Source: a virus
IMG/VR virus record: IMGVR_UViG_3300027608_000016
Location: 1-64,000 of that record
Direction: 5' to 3' (one strand)
DNA: 64,000 bases
Part shown: piece by piece, positions 29,826 to 38,941 of the stretch
Layout: each line of letters begins with the position of its first letter
Position numbering within the stretch: position 1 is the first letter of the stretch
Made by a program: the position numbers and the translations under genes
The notes under the pieces: generated by a model
Told to the model about the DNA's origin: nothing
What the model saw: the letters and a program-made list of their open reading frames with translations, nothing else
The model's database searches: none

Positions 29826-30804
29826 TTTCGTTTAAGTGTCTTTGCCATTTTATCGTTTCAATCACCCCTTTTTCTATTTCAACAAAGTCGTATTTGTTGA
29901 ATTCTTTAACATATTTATCAATTGATAATCTAACGTTTTTAGGACTACCTTCAAGACCCCTATCTACTTCGGGTAATACGATAGGCTTATTTAAACACTG
30001 TCCTATTGTTTCTGCCAAATCTAGTATGCTGCATGTATATATACCTCCGACATTATAAATGAAGTCTTTACTGTTGAGTGCAACATTCCATAGCATTTCC
30101 ACAGCGTCTGAAATGTAGCAAAATGTTCTTGAAGCTGTTCCATCATCTAGCAATTCTATAGTGTCTCTAGTCAGTCCGTTATTGATTAATGTGTTCACAA
30201 CTCTAGTGTCCCCAATTTTTGTTCCCGGCCCATATGATAGACTCAAACGTGCCACTCTAATATTTGGAAATTTTTCACGATATATGTTACATATCACTTC
30301 CCCCAATCTTTTCCCCTCTATATATGCTGCTCTAGGATGATCTATACTACTTATCCCAATATCTTCTTCGGTTACTTCATTCTTTATGAGTCCATTGTAA
30401 ACTTCACTAGAACTTATAAACAAGAATATTCCATCTGGTTTCAGCATTTCTATCAACTTTACAGTATGAAAAGTATTTATATATAACGTTTCTATTTTTC
30501 TAGTTAAGAATTTCAAAGGTTGTCCATATCCACATGCATGTATAATACAGTCAAATTTTATGTCTTCTTCGCCTTCATCATAGGATTCGTCTACTATAGT
30601 ATTATTACACCCTGAAAAAATATCATCAAACATAGAACACGAGTTTTTAGTTTTCGTGTGAATTGTTATGTTGTATTCATCTTTAACAGACTTAATAGAA
30701 TTTAACATGTTTATCCCTATTAATCCAGAGGCTCCAGTAATAAGAACTGTTTTATTTTTAAGCTTGCTAAAATCTATTTTTGGATATGTGACATTTAATT
30801 TCAT
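29812..30804 (-). CDS. NAD-dependent NDP-sugar epimerase/dehydratase/reductase (extended SDR)
   Basis: TGASGLIG, SSSEVY, YIEGK, RTFCYISD. Confidence 0.88.
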   Translation of the reverse strand: MKLNVTYPKIDFSKLKNKTVLITGASGLIGINMLNSIKSVKDEYNITIHTKTKNSCSMFDDIFSGCNNTIVDESYDEGEEDIKFDCIIHACGYGQPLKFLTRKIETLYINTFHTVKLIEMLKPDGIFLFISSSEVYNGLIKNEVTEEDIGISSIDHPRAAYIEGKRLGEVICNIYREKFPNIRVARLSLSYGPGTKIGDTRVVNTLINNGLTRDTIELLDDGTASRTFCYISDAVEMLWNVALNSKDFIYNVGGIYTCSILDLAETIGQCLNKPIVLPEVDRGLEGSPKNVRLSIDKYVKEFNKYDFVEIEKGVIETIKWQRHLNENEKN

Positions 30805-31337
30805 TTTTCGTTATAGTAGTCCCCCCATTCAACTAAAACCGTTGGTCGATTATCTGTTCTGGTGTATGCATGTTCATATGCACTAAAAATTTGATGTGCT
30901 TCATCCAGCCTTATTATATCCACAAAATCACACATCCCCTTAAAACTAGCGGTAAAATCTGATATATGTTGATGTTGTGGGTGTATAGGTCTTTGTGATC
31001 CGATTGAAACTCTTATAATTATTTTAGGTGTATACCCACCCTTTGACATTATATTTATTTTGTCTATATGATTGACTAATTGGTTTGCACCCAAGAGTAG
31101 AAAATTCCATCTTGGAAATATTGAAATCGGAACTGTGCCGTTCAATGCTAAACCTAATGTGATGCCCATCTGCATATCCTCATTTACTGGCATTTCAATT
31201 AATTTGTCACTGTTTACACCCTTTAACGTATTCGTAATAGCCGTGCCATCATATGCAACAGCTTGTCCGATAAATAAAGTATCTGGCTTGTTTCCCAACC
31301 ATTCCATCGATCTTTTCAATTCTTCAAAATATTTCAT
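30801..31337 (-). CDS. ThDP enzyme, E1-beta/transketolase pyrimidine-binding domain only
   Basis: EMPVNE, GLALNG, NQLVN, PQHQH; lacks the C-terminal domain. Confidence 0.82.
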   Translation of the reverse strand: MKYFEELKRSMEWLGNKPDTLFIGQAVAYDGTAITNTLKGVNSDKLIEMPVNEDMQMGITLGLALNGTVPISIFPRWNFLLLGANQLVNHIDKINIMSKGGYTPKIIIRVSIGSQRPIHPQHQHISDFTASFKGMCDFVDIIRLDEAHQIFSAYEHAYTRTDNRPTVLVEWGDYYNEK

Positions 31338-31339
31338 GT

Positions 31340-31945
31340 TTAAAATTGTATTCTCTTACCCGCTCCAGCATGTGGATATTTAGTTTTATATTCGTAGTAT
31401 ATTATTTTTCGCGTTTCATGTCTGAAAAATAACTCGCTTGACCCCCAAGTTTTTAATGTATCCGTGCAAACTGATTTTCTGTTATCTTCTATTATGTATG
31501 TAATCGGTAGATCGAAATTGACTGCATATTTCCAGTTTTCGAAGAAGGCACCAGTTTCTGATGTCATATCACCAATAAAACACCATACTTTATTCTTCTG
31601 CTTTTTTAGCTTTATATCTAAGGCTACGCCAGTTGCTATTGGTAGGTTTCCTGTGACTATAGCAGATGAGTATATCTTGTTTTCAGGATAACATAGTGAT
31701 ATAGATGCACCATTTACTATGTCAGTCATAAGCTTCTCTCTAGAAACCCCTTTCAGTAAACATTGATAATGTGATCTCCATGTGCAGAAAACCCAATCGT
31801 TTTCAACATCAATGTTTTCAAAAACCTTGATTATTTGTTCTTCATTGCCGTCATATAAATGAACTGGTGCCTTAATAAGGGAGGCATTATATTTTTCAGC
31901 CACTTCACTCTCAAATTCTGACAATTTTGATTTATTGTATATCAT
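31340..31945 (-). CDS. ThDP enzyme, short E1-alpha-like subunit
   Basis: VHLYDGNE, TWRSH, GDMTSETG...EDN ThDP-binding motif. Confidence 0.85.
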   Translation of the reverse strand: MIYNKSKLSEFESEVAEKYNASLIKAPVHLYDGNEEQIIKVFENIDVENDWVFCTWRSHYQCLLKGVSREKLMTDIVNGASISLCYPENKIYSSAIVTGNLPIATGVALDIKLKKQKNKVWCFIGDMTSETGAFFENWKYAVNFDLPITYIIEDNRKSVCTDTLKTWGSSELFFRHETRKIIYYEYKTKYPHAGAGKRIQF

Positions 31946-31946
31946 A

Positions 31947-32864
31947 TTATACCAAGTCTTTATAATATATAAAGTTTTTAGAGTCTTTAAATTTGCCTTC
32001 TACTATCCTACAATCATCATATAAATATATCAAATTGGCATTATTGATATAAGATGCAAATATAGAAAAATTGGAATGAACTTGTGAAAGTATTATATTT
32101 TGGCTATTAGCAAGAATATATAGGTCAACATAGGTTTTTTCCATCGGAGTGCAATCCTTTATATGTGGAATGTGGTTTTTGTATTTGTTATGATACAAAT
32201 CTATTTCTTCTTGATCATCCGAAGAAAAATATATATACTCTTCATGTTTGCACAATTTATCTATCGCCTCTTGCGTTCTCGTATTTAAATCTAAAAGATT
32301 TTCATATTTTATATTGGTTTTATTGTCCGCTAGAGCACTTATTTTATCAGTTCGCCTTAAATGCACTGATGCATAAGGTTTCGGAACATCTCTAACCAAA
32401 TTCAACATTCTGTCTGTTGGGGTAAACTCCCTCATAGTTTCAATAAAAATATTTTCAAATTCTTCGAAACTGCACATATTTGTCAAATGAGTCATTTGAA
32501 ATTCTTTAGGTGAAGACATTCCCCCAAGACCAGCCCAAAAATGGTATCTCGTTGATAACGAGGCTATAGGTATTATAGGCTCGTTTATTTTCACGTTTTT
32601 CGGCAGATTGAAGTATTGCGTGAAATTTTCAAATCTATAGTCTTCATATCTAACTCTGTCCCATTTTTTAAAAACTCCATCTCTTTGATGATACATAGGT
32701 TCTCCAATAGAACCTATTGTAAATGGACAATCCTTCCAATTAAAATATAAATCAGCATTTAGATGTTTGGCCAAGGCTGAAAGCAGCATAGTATCTAACA
32801 ACCTATCACCTAAACAGGTATTAGAAGACACTTCATCGGGCCAAATTAAAATTTTATCTTTCAT
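31947..32864 (-). CDS. Fucosyltransferase-fold glycosyltransferase (GT11/GT23/O-FucT-like)
   Basis: LGDRL, SVHLRRTDK, FSSDD, DLYIL...SNFS. Confidence 0.7.
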   Translation of the reverse strand: MKDKILIWPDEVSSNTCLGDRLLDTMLLSALAKHLNADLYFNWKDCPFTIGSIGEPMYHQRDGVFKKWDRVRYEDYRFENFTQYFNLPKNVKINEPIIPIASLSTRYHFWAGLGGMSSPKEFQMTHLTNMCSFEEFENIFIETMREFTPTDRMLNLVRDVPKPYASVHLRRTDKISALADNKTNIKYENLLDLNTRTQEAIDKLCKHEEYIYFSSDDQEEIDLYHNKYKNHIPHIKDCTPMEKTYVDLYILANSQNIILSQVHSNFSIFASYINNANLIYLYDDCRIVEGKFKDSKNFIYYKDLV

Positions 32865-32878
32865 CTTTTATATTTTAT

Positions 32879-32906
32879 ATTTTATCACATATACCATGAA
32901 AGTCAA
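32879..32906 (-). promoter_or_regulatory. sigma70-type promoter TTGACT-N16-TAAAAT inside the glycan island
   Basis: 14 nt upstream of ATG 32864, in the island's largest intergenic gap. Confidence 0.7.
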
Positions 32907-32927
32907 CAAACTCCAAAACAATTAACA

Positions 32928-33593
32928 TCAAGAATTTCTGATTAGCTCTTGTCTATATGTTTCATTTTTATCGTTGGTCAATCTTTCAATATTGTTAATT
33001 ACAATTCTATTAACGTTTCCTAGTGATTTGGCCCCTATATATATTTCAGCAGATTTTTCACATATCTCTGTCGCTATAACACATTCATTAATAGTAGAGG
33101 CTGCACAAATTATACCATGATTCTTCAATAGAATCAGTTTTGGAAAAACGCCTTCAATTCTAGTATATTGGTCAACACTTGATATAATCTCCTCAAGCAG
33201 TTCTATTCCCGGATTGGCATAATTCACAACACAAGATGTTTTCCCATTAAAAACTATTTGATCTGGAAATAACCTAATCTGTGAAAAGTTTTCTACGCAA
33301 GAACTACACAAAATTTTTAACGTATTAACAGGATGTGTATGAGCTACATAATTAATATTATTTTGACTCAAAAGCCACTTATGAAAGCCTAATTCGATAC
33401 TAGGCTTTTTACTATCTTTTCTGGTGGGGATTCCGTCTAGATCACATTCTGTCAAGTCTTTTAAAGATAGATTTCTAAGGTCTGTCCCACTAGCTTTTAT
33501 TATTATCTTATCTCCTATGCTGGCTGAAATATTTCCCTCTACACCAACAACAAACGGAGAAAGCCTTTTTGAAAAATTTATTAATTCGTCCAT
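32928..33593 (-). CDS. Class II aldolase/adducin family protein
   Basis: EGNIS, IKASG, PSIELGFH, HTH, LKNHG. Confidence 0.9.
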   Translation of the reverse strand: MDELINFSKRLSPFVVGVEGNISASIGDKIIIKASGTDLRNLSLKDLTECDLDGIPTRKDSKKPSIELGFHKWLLSQNNINYVAHTHPVNTLKILCSSCVENFSQIRLFPDQIVFNGKTSCVVNYANPGIELLEEIISSVDQYTRIEGVFPKLILLKNHGIICAASTINECVIATEICEKSAEIYIGAKSLGNVNRIVINNIERLTNDKNETYRQELIRNS

Positions 33594-34045
33594 ATAGTAT
33601 TTGCAATGTTAACGAAATCTGTGCATATTCCTCCAGCTTCATACAGATTACCATCGTGAATAGAAGATTCTGTTAATAAAGGTATTATACATTTATTATT
33701 TACTGCATATGACAATTCATGAACCCAAATAAACCCATTGCTTATTACAGTATAAGGATCATTAGCATGACAAAAGTAGGTTATTTTTTCGTCCACGTTG
33801 CTTAACGCTATCGCAGATTCTAAATCCTTGCAATGAAACCATAGCAAGTTCTTTCTTTTTTTAATCCAAGTATCAGACACTTCAAAAGTCGCAAAGTCGT
33901 GGCCCAACCAAAAAGAACCTTTGATATATCTTATATCAACTTCAACCTCATAACCAGACGATATAGCAGAATCTATATATGATGGAGCGTTTTCTCGATC
34001 TATTTTTCTCCCTGTGATATTACCTCTATGTGATATTATTTTCAT
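33581..34045 (-). CDS. Short GDPD/PLC-like phosphodiesterase-fold protein
   Basis: ISHRGN, EN, EVDI, LGHD, HCK, ICTD. Confidence 0.75.
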   Translation of the reverse strand: MKIISHRGNITGRKIDRENAPSYIDSAISSGYEVEVDIRYIKGSFWLGHDFATFEVSDTWIKKRKNLLWFHCKDLESAIALSNVDEKITYFCHANDPYTVISNGFIWVHELSYAVNNKCIIPLLTESSIHDGNLYEAGGICTDFVNIANTIWTN

Positions 34046-34335
34046 ATCTCTTCTATTCTTTTTGTTTTATCGTCTATAAACATATCGTAAAATGGCTTTG
34101 TGACATTGAGTTCATTGTGTTTCGCTCCCCATTCTATCAACTGTTTTTTCGTTAAATCATACCAGTTTATTTGTGTTTTACTTCCGCGAGCAGTCCAATA
34201 TACAATAGTATGTCCTTCGTCATATAATTTGTTTATTTTTTCTATGTTTTCTTTTATGGGAACTGCTTTACTATAATCTCTTGGTTGTGGAGTATTGCAA
34301 ATAGTCTCGTCTATATCTACATATATAACTTTCAT
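34042..34335 (-). CDS. Minimal HAD-family phosphatase (capsule-locus type)
   Basis: VDIDETIC, WTARG, KP.YD..IDDK. Confidence 0.85.
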   Translation of the reverse strand: MKVIYVDIDETICNTPQPRDYSKAVPIKENIEKINKLYDEGHTIVYWTARGSKTQINWYDLTKKQLIEWGAKHNELNVTKPFYDMFIDDKTKRIEEI

Positions 34336-34336
34336 G

Positions 34337-35071
34337 TTAAAATCCTTTTTTGATAATATATGCAGTTGGTGCTATCCAATCTGTAGATATTAAACTGTAT
34401 TCAATTTGTCTCTCTTTTAAAAACCTTTCAACGCCAACACTTTCACTGAATTTATGATACTCATATTCGTCGAACAATATTGCTCCACCCGGCAAAACCC
34501 TATCCCATAAGTGAGTCAACGTGTTATATGTCGGTCTATCCAAGTCTACGTCTATATATAACAAAGATATTCTAAATCCGGGATTATCATGTAGAAACAT
34601 AGGAAGACTTGCCTCTACATCTCCTTTCACTAACTTGTATTTATCTTCTGGAATTCCAGCTTTAGACAACCTATCTTTAACAGATTCCAAAGTGAGATCG
34701 TTAGCATCCACTCTGTCATACACTACTTTCATGTTTTCTTTGTCTTTAACTGCATCTCTATCCAAAATATTTTCTGCTTCTACAGTATTGAAAATATCAA
34801 AACCTATAACCTTTTTATTCGAGTTTCCACAATAAACCTCTATAAATTTAGAGAAACTAGCTACACCAGAACCTTTAAACACTCCAACCTCTACGATATC
34901 TCCCGGAAGATGTTTAGTCTTCATAAAAAATTCGAACCTGTGCAACATTTTTCCCAACAATTTAAGATCATCAGAAAAAATAAAACTGTTGAATTTATCG
35001 TAAATGTTTTGTCCTATATCGTTCAGCTTATTCTCGTTGCTTATCTTGTTTAAATGGTCTTCGTTATTCAT
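34337..35071 (-). CDS. TylF/MycF-family sugar O-methyltransferase
   Basis: PGDIVEVGVFKG, GFDIF, IDVDL, GGAILFDEY. Confidence 0.88.
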   Translation of the reverse strand: MNNEDHLNKISNENKLNDIGQNIYDKFNSFIFSDDLKLLGKMLHRFEFFMKTKHLPGDIVEVGVFKGSGVASFSKFIEVYCGNSNKKVIGFDIFNTVEAENILDRDAVKDKENMKVVYDRVDANDLTLESVKDRLSKAGIPEDKYKLVKGDVEASLPMFLHDNPGFRISLLYIDVDLDRPTYNTLTHLWDRVLPGGAILFDEYEYHKFSESVGVERFLKERQIEYSLISTDWIAPTAYIIKKGF

Positions 35072-35106
35072 ATTATTGTAATACTGTCCTAATTATAACG
35101 TTGGCA

Positions 35107-36561
35107 TCATTTTTTCAACATGTTAATAATAGTAAAAGCAATATAATCGTAAAACGTGTATGTGTTGATATCTTTTTTCATGTCGAACAATTTCACCTTT
35201 TTATATTCAGAAAAACACAATTTAGTGTTTTTCTCCTGTTTTTCTATTGTAATAGGAACGTTTAACTGCACGAAAAATCTAATTATTTTATCGATATTGT
35301 ATTTATCGTCTATCGAAATTTCCAAACTCAAATCTTCAATTTTTTGTGGATTGTTTAAGTCTATTTCCTCACAAGAGAAAAACCTGACTATCACATCAGC
35401 ATAGTTTTTTTGTGGTGCTACATACAAATCGTAATCACTTTCTCTTTTTTTTATAGAATCTAAAACGTTGCCTATGGTATGTCCTCTCTCTTTCACATCT
35501 CTATTAATTTTCCACTTACTTCGCAACTTTCTATCAGTATCCATAAATATTTTAAGGTCATACACTGAATTTTGTTGTCCATATAAACTATGCAACCCAC
35601 ACACAATTAGATTGTCTGAAGGCGTTATTTGTTTTTTATCTGTAAACTTACCATTAGAATGATCGTAGTCTACTTGGTAAATATGATTTCCAATTTTTAA
35701 ATTGAATACGTCTTCTTGCATTTTAGTGATACAATTCGCATTTGGATTTAAGTGTGTGGTGTTCTCCCAATTTGTATCATTCCTCTCCCATTTATGATAT
35801 CTGTCACATTCTAAAACAAAAGAGTCATCAAACGCAGATTTTAATATATTACTTAAAGTGCTCTTACCAGAGCTAGAATCCCCACAAATAGCAAACGTAT
35901 TACACTTTGATAATATAAAACTATAATCGATATCAACCAATTTAAACTTTATATCAGAATTGTTCATATGATGGAACATAATAATTTCTGGTATATTGCC
36001 ATATTGTCTAATCAAGTTTTCTAAATTGTTATAAATACTGAAATATCTATCCATTGACTCTGATGTTCCAAACGCTAATGCGTCACAAAGGTATGAATCT
36101 GATTTATCAGATAGTTTAACATGGTCTATTTTACTGTCTTTTGGTATTGTTATTACACTGAAATCTGTGCCATGAAAAATATTGTCTTTCAGATAAATAT
36201 CTGGTCTATATCTAATTACTAAATCGTATTTTTCTTTTGATGCTGATTCATTCAATTTTTTAATCTCGTTCAGCTTAAACAACTTCAACCAGTGGTTTAT
36301 CAAACCATTCGTTTTCTTATTCTCATGTGCTTTTATATTGGATTCTATCACAATAGAAACAGGGTTTAAACACGATTTAACGTTGTCTATAACCTCATTT
36401 TCTTTTATGAGGTTTAAATATCTATCTTCTGAGTTTTCATCTGTGGTAATGTGAAGATATGTATCAACATTGTCGAATACAGTTCGCAATTGTTCGTTTA
36501 ACCGTGTCAGGTTTATATCATAACTACGTAAATACCCTGCAATTAATAATGCTACCTTCAT
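35107..36561 (-). CDS. Fusion of a putative glycosyltransferase domain and a phosphoribulokinase/uridine-kinase domain
   Basis: N-half KVALLIAGYLR...YDLVIRYRPD; C-half GDSSSGKST, DRYHKWER, HLNPNAN, YDHSNG, RDVKERG. Confidence 0.8.
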   Translation of the reverse strand: MKVALLIAGYLRSYDINLTRLNEQLRTVFDNVDTYLHITTDENSEDRYLNLIKENEVIDNVKSCLNPVSIVIESNIKAHENKKTNGLINHWLKLFKLNEIKKLNESASKEKYDLVIRYRPDIYLKDNIFHGTDFSVITIPKDSKIDHVKLSDKSDSYLCDALAFGTSESMDRYFSIYNNLENLIRQYGNIPEIIMFHHMNNSDIKFKLVDIDYSFILSKCNTFAICGDSSSGKSTLSNILKSAFDDSFVLECDRYHKWERNDTNWENTTHLNPNANCITKMQEDVFNLKIGNHIYQVDYDHSNGKFTDKKQITPSDNLIVCGLHSLYGQQNSVYDLKIFMDTDRKLRSKWKINRDVKERGHTIGNVLDSIKKRESDYDLYVAPQKNYADVIVRFFSCEEIDLNNPQKIEDLSLEISIDDKYNIDKIIRFFVQLNVPITIEKQEKNTKLCFSEYKKVKLFDMKKDINTYTFYDYIAFTIINMLKK

Positions 36562-36563
36562 GT

Positions 36564-37403
36564 TTATTTCATCAGCTTCCAGTTTTTAAGAGTTTTAGGG
36601 TATAAGAACATATTATCATGTCCACGTTTGCAATAAACCCTAACCTCTTTACCGTCAAATATATTACATTTAGCATCAAGCTGGTAATACGCGCAACCCC
36701 AAATAGAGTCTACGAAATGAACCTCTTTGGCATTTTGTAATATTAAGACATAATCTAATATCTTATCAGACAATAAATTTAAATTGACGTATGTATGTTC
36801 TGGAACATATTCAAAATCTATCTTTGTATCGACATGATGATTTCCCCTAACACTATTGTTATTATCATCATGATACAATACGTAATTTTTTCCGTGTTTA
36901 GCAGTAAAGTCATGGTAAAGACTTTGCTCTAATTCATTGTTTCTAACAAGTTCGAATTTATCTATTCTATTATTGAATTCTATATCATAATATTCATAGA
37001 ATGCTTCTGAGAAATGAACTGTTTGCTGTTTTACGATATCAGTTCTAGACCAATAATCTTTATATATATCTCTTCTGTATTTGTCGTGTTCACCATGAAA
37101 GCATATGTCATATGTCGATGGAATCAATATAGTGTTGTCGTGTAGTGTTACTTCTTCACCTTGGTATGCAGTGTTGATTTGCCCGTAAAACCTGCCATTA
37201 TCTGTAGGTATGTATAAAATACTAACACCGACTAAATTTTTAATGTAATAATCAACTATTCCACTAGCGTCTGATCTTATTATGACTACAATTTCTTTAT
37301 ATATAGAATTATAATAATTAATCAGACCAAGACACATTATTATATCTGTCCATCCTTGGTGAAAATACACACAAGCTTTATCGTTTATTTTTTTATGTTT
37401 CAT
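36564..37403 (-). CDS. Putative glycosyltransferase (GT-B-like)
   Basis: HQGWTDIIMC N-terminus and AKEVHFVDS; glycan island context. Confidence 0.5.
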   Translation of the reverse strand: MKHKKINDKACVYFHQGWTDIIMCLGLINYYNSIYKEIVVIIRSDASGIVDYYIKNLVGVSILYIPTDNGRFYGQINTAYQGEEVTLHDNTILIPSTYDICFHGEHDKYRRDIYKDYWSRTDIVKQQTVHFSEAFYEYYDIEFNNRIDKFELVRNNELEQSLYHDFTAKHGKNYVLYHDDNNNSVRGNHHVDTKIDFEYVPEHTYVNLNLLSDKILDYVLILQNAKEVHFVDSIWGCAYYQLDAKCNIFDGKEVRVYCKRGHDNMFLYPKTLKNWKLMK

Positions 37404-38158
37404 TCTGTAGTCCTTTCGTTTTTGCACTGTGATATTTTACAAAAAAATGATTTAACGTCCTTGTAACATTGATGTGTTTCGTGACATGTGAAAAAGTTTA
37501 CTCCATCTACAGTATACATGTTGTCTTTATCTATGGATACACTGGAATTATTGTTCAGATAGTATAATATATTACCCAAATACCTCTCAGATGCTTCACT
37601 TTCTCTACGTGTAGTAATTTTTATATTTTTAAGGATTTCATATAATATGTTTACTGCCTTTTTAGACACGAACAGAGAATTACACCAACACATTTTAGCA
37701 TCTGGAGTGTTTGCAATGTTAAGTGCTTCAAGCATTGCCATTCTTTCATATATGAAATGTTCGTCATTTGGAATGTTAGCTATCGATCCAGCTAAAACGT
37801 TACCGTCTTTTAAAATGTTAAAATCAAACCTGTTTTTTAATATAAACGTGTCTTGAACTAATATTACATAATCATACGCTTCCAGTAAAAGATTGTCGTT
37901 TAAATGTTTCAATCCAAAATTATATCCACCGATTTCAAATTTTCCATCGGATTCGTTTGTGATAAGTGTGATGTTTGGATATTCTGCTGATATGCCTAAA
38001 GCAACACTTAAATCCGTTGAGTTGTTGTCTACTATAATCACCTTAGAGTTCCCATAAAAGGATGTAATATTATCAATATAGTATTTTAGATATGATTCAT
38101 ATCCTTTAACGTGCCTATGACATATTATAAAACATAATGTTGGGTCTATTTTTTCCAT
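37400..38158 (-). CDS. GT-A/GT2-like glycosyltransferase
   Basis: IIVDNNS, ILVQD, SERY. Confidence 0.6.
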   Translation of the reverse strand: MEKIDPTLCFIICHRHVKGYESYLKYYIDNITSFYGNSKVIIVDNNSTDLSVALGISAEYPNITLITNESDGKFEIGGYNFGLKHLNDNLLLEAYDYVILVQDTFILKNRFDFNILKDGNVLAGSIANIPNDEHFIYERMAMLEALNIANTPDAKMCWCNSLFVSKKAVNILYEILKNIKITTRRESEASERYLGNILYYLNNNSSVSIDKDNMYTVDGVNFFTCHETHQCYKDVKSFFCKISQCKNERTTE

Positions 38159-38940
38159 TTTTTCGATTGTGTTAAATTATATTTATCGACGATATTTCTA
38201 TATTCAACTTTAACATCGTTGTATGATTGCCCATAGTCTGTCGTAGACTCGTCATTTAACGTTAGAAAATTACCACTGTGGCTTATATGTAAAAATTTGA
38301 ATTGGTTCATACAATTATAATAACCGCAAAATTTCTTATTTTTAGAATAAATTCCCAATATGGCGAATTTTGCACAATAATTTTGCACTTCCATACGTTC
38401 AATAGTTCTATAAGTTTCATCTTTGAAGGATTCCATTATTTCCAATAACGATGAACGCTTCCAAATAGAGGGATTAACATTATAAATTACATTATTTGGA
38501 TTATTATGTCGTGATAAATATATAACATCGGGTTCAACACAATCAACTTGCGTGACTTTCTCCGATACAACATCTATCAATCTTTTTTCGTTTTGAGGAA
38601 CATTAGAAAGCTTTAAATCTATTTTATCCACAGTATTTTTCCGAGAGAATTCAATCAACTTATCTATGAATAATAAGTCTACGTTTATTATTATATCTAT
38701 ATCATGAATGAAAACTATGTAATCGTCATCTATATGTTTAAGACATTTAAGTATCCTAGTAGCATAACTATCAGTATTGTCGTAAAATATTACTTTATTA
38801 TATTTTTCATATAATGCTTTCAAATCCATATCATTCTCATCAATAAATAAAGTGGCATTATTTATTCCTGTGATATGATCTGTTTGTATTTTTAAAATGT
38901 CTAAATAGTCCGTGTTGCTATAAATAACGTAATTTGTCAT
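38146..38940 (-). CDS. Putative GT-A glycosyltransferase
   Basis: DxD-like FIHDID, NPSIWKR; context. Confidence 0.5.
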   Translation of the reverse strand: MTNYVIYSNTDYLDILKIQTDHITGINNATLFIDENDMDLKALYEKYNKVIFYDNTDSYATRILKCLKHIDDDYIVFIHDIDIIINVDLLFIDKLIEFSRKNTVDKIDLKLSNVPQNEKRLIDVVSEKVTQVDCVEPDVIYLSRHNNPNNVIYNVNPSIWKRSSLLEIMESFKDETYRTIERMEVQNYCAKFAILGIYSKNKKFCGYYNCMNQFKFLHISHSGNFLTLNDESTTDYGQSYNDVKVEYRNIVDKYNLTQSKKWKK

Positions 38941-38941
38941 A

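Noticed and set aside
30801-36561. PDH/transketolase and phosphoribulokinase as central-carbon or carbon-fixation AMGs
   Set aside because: The genes are truncated or fused, lack pathway partners and are embedded among NDP-sugar genes, so a glycan role is more parsimonious.
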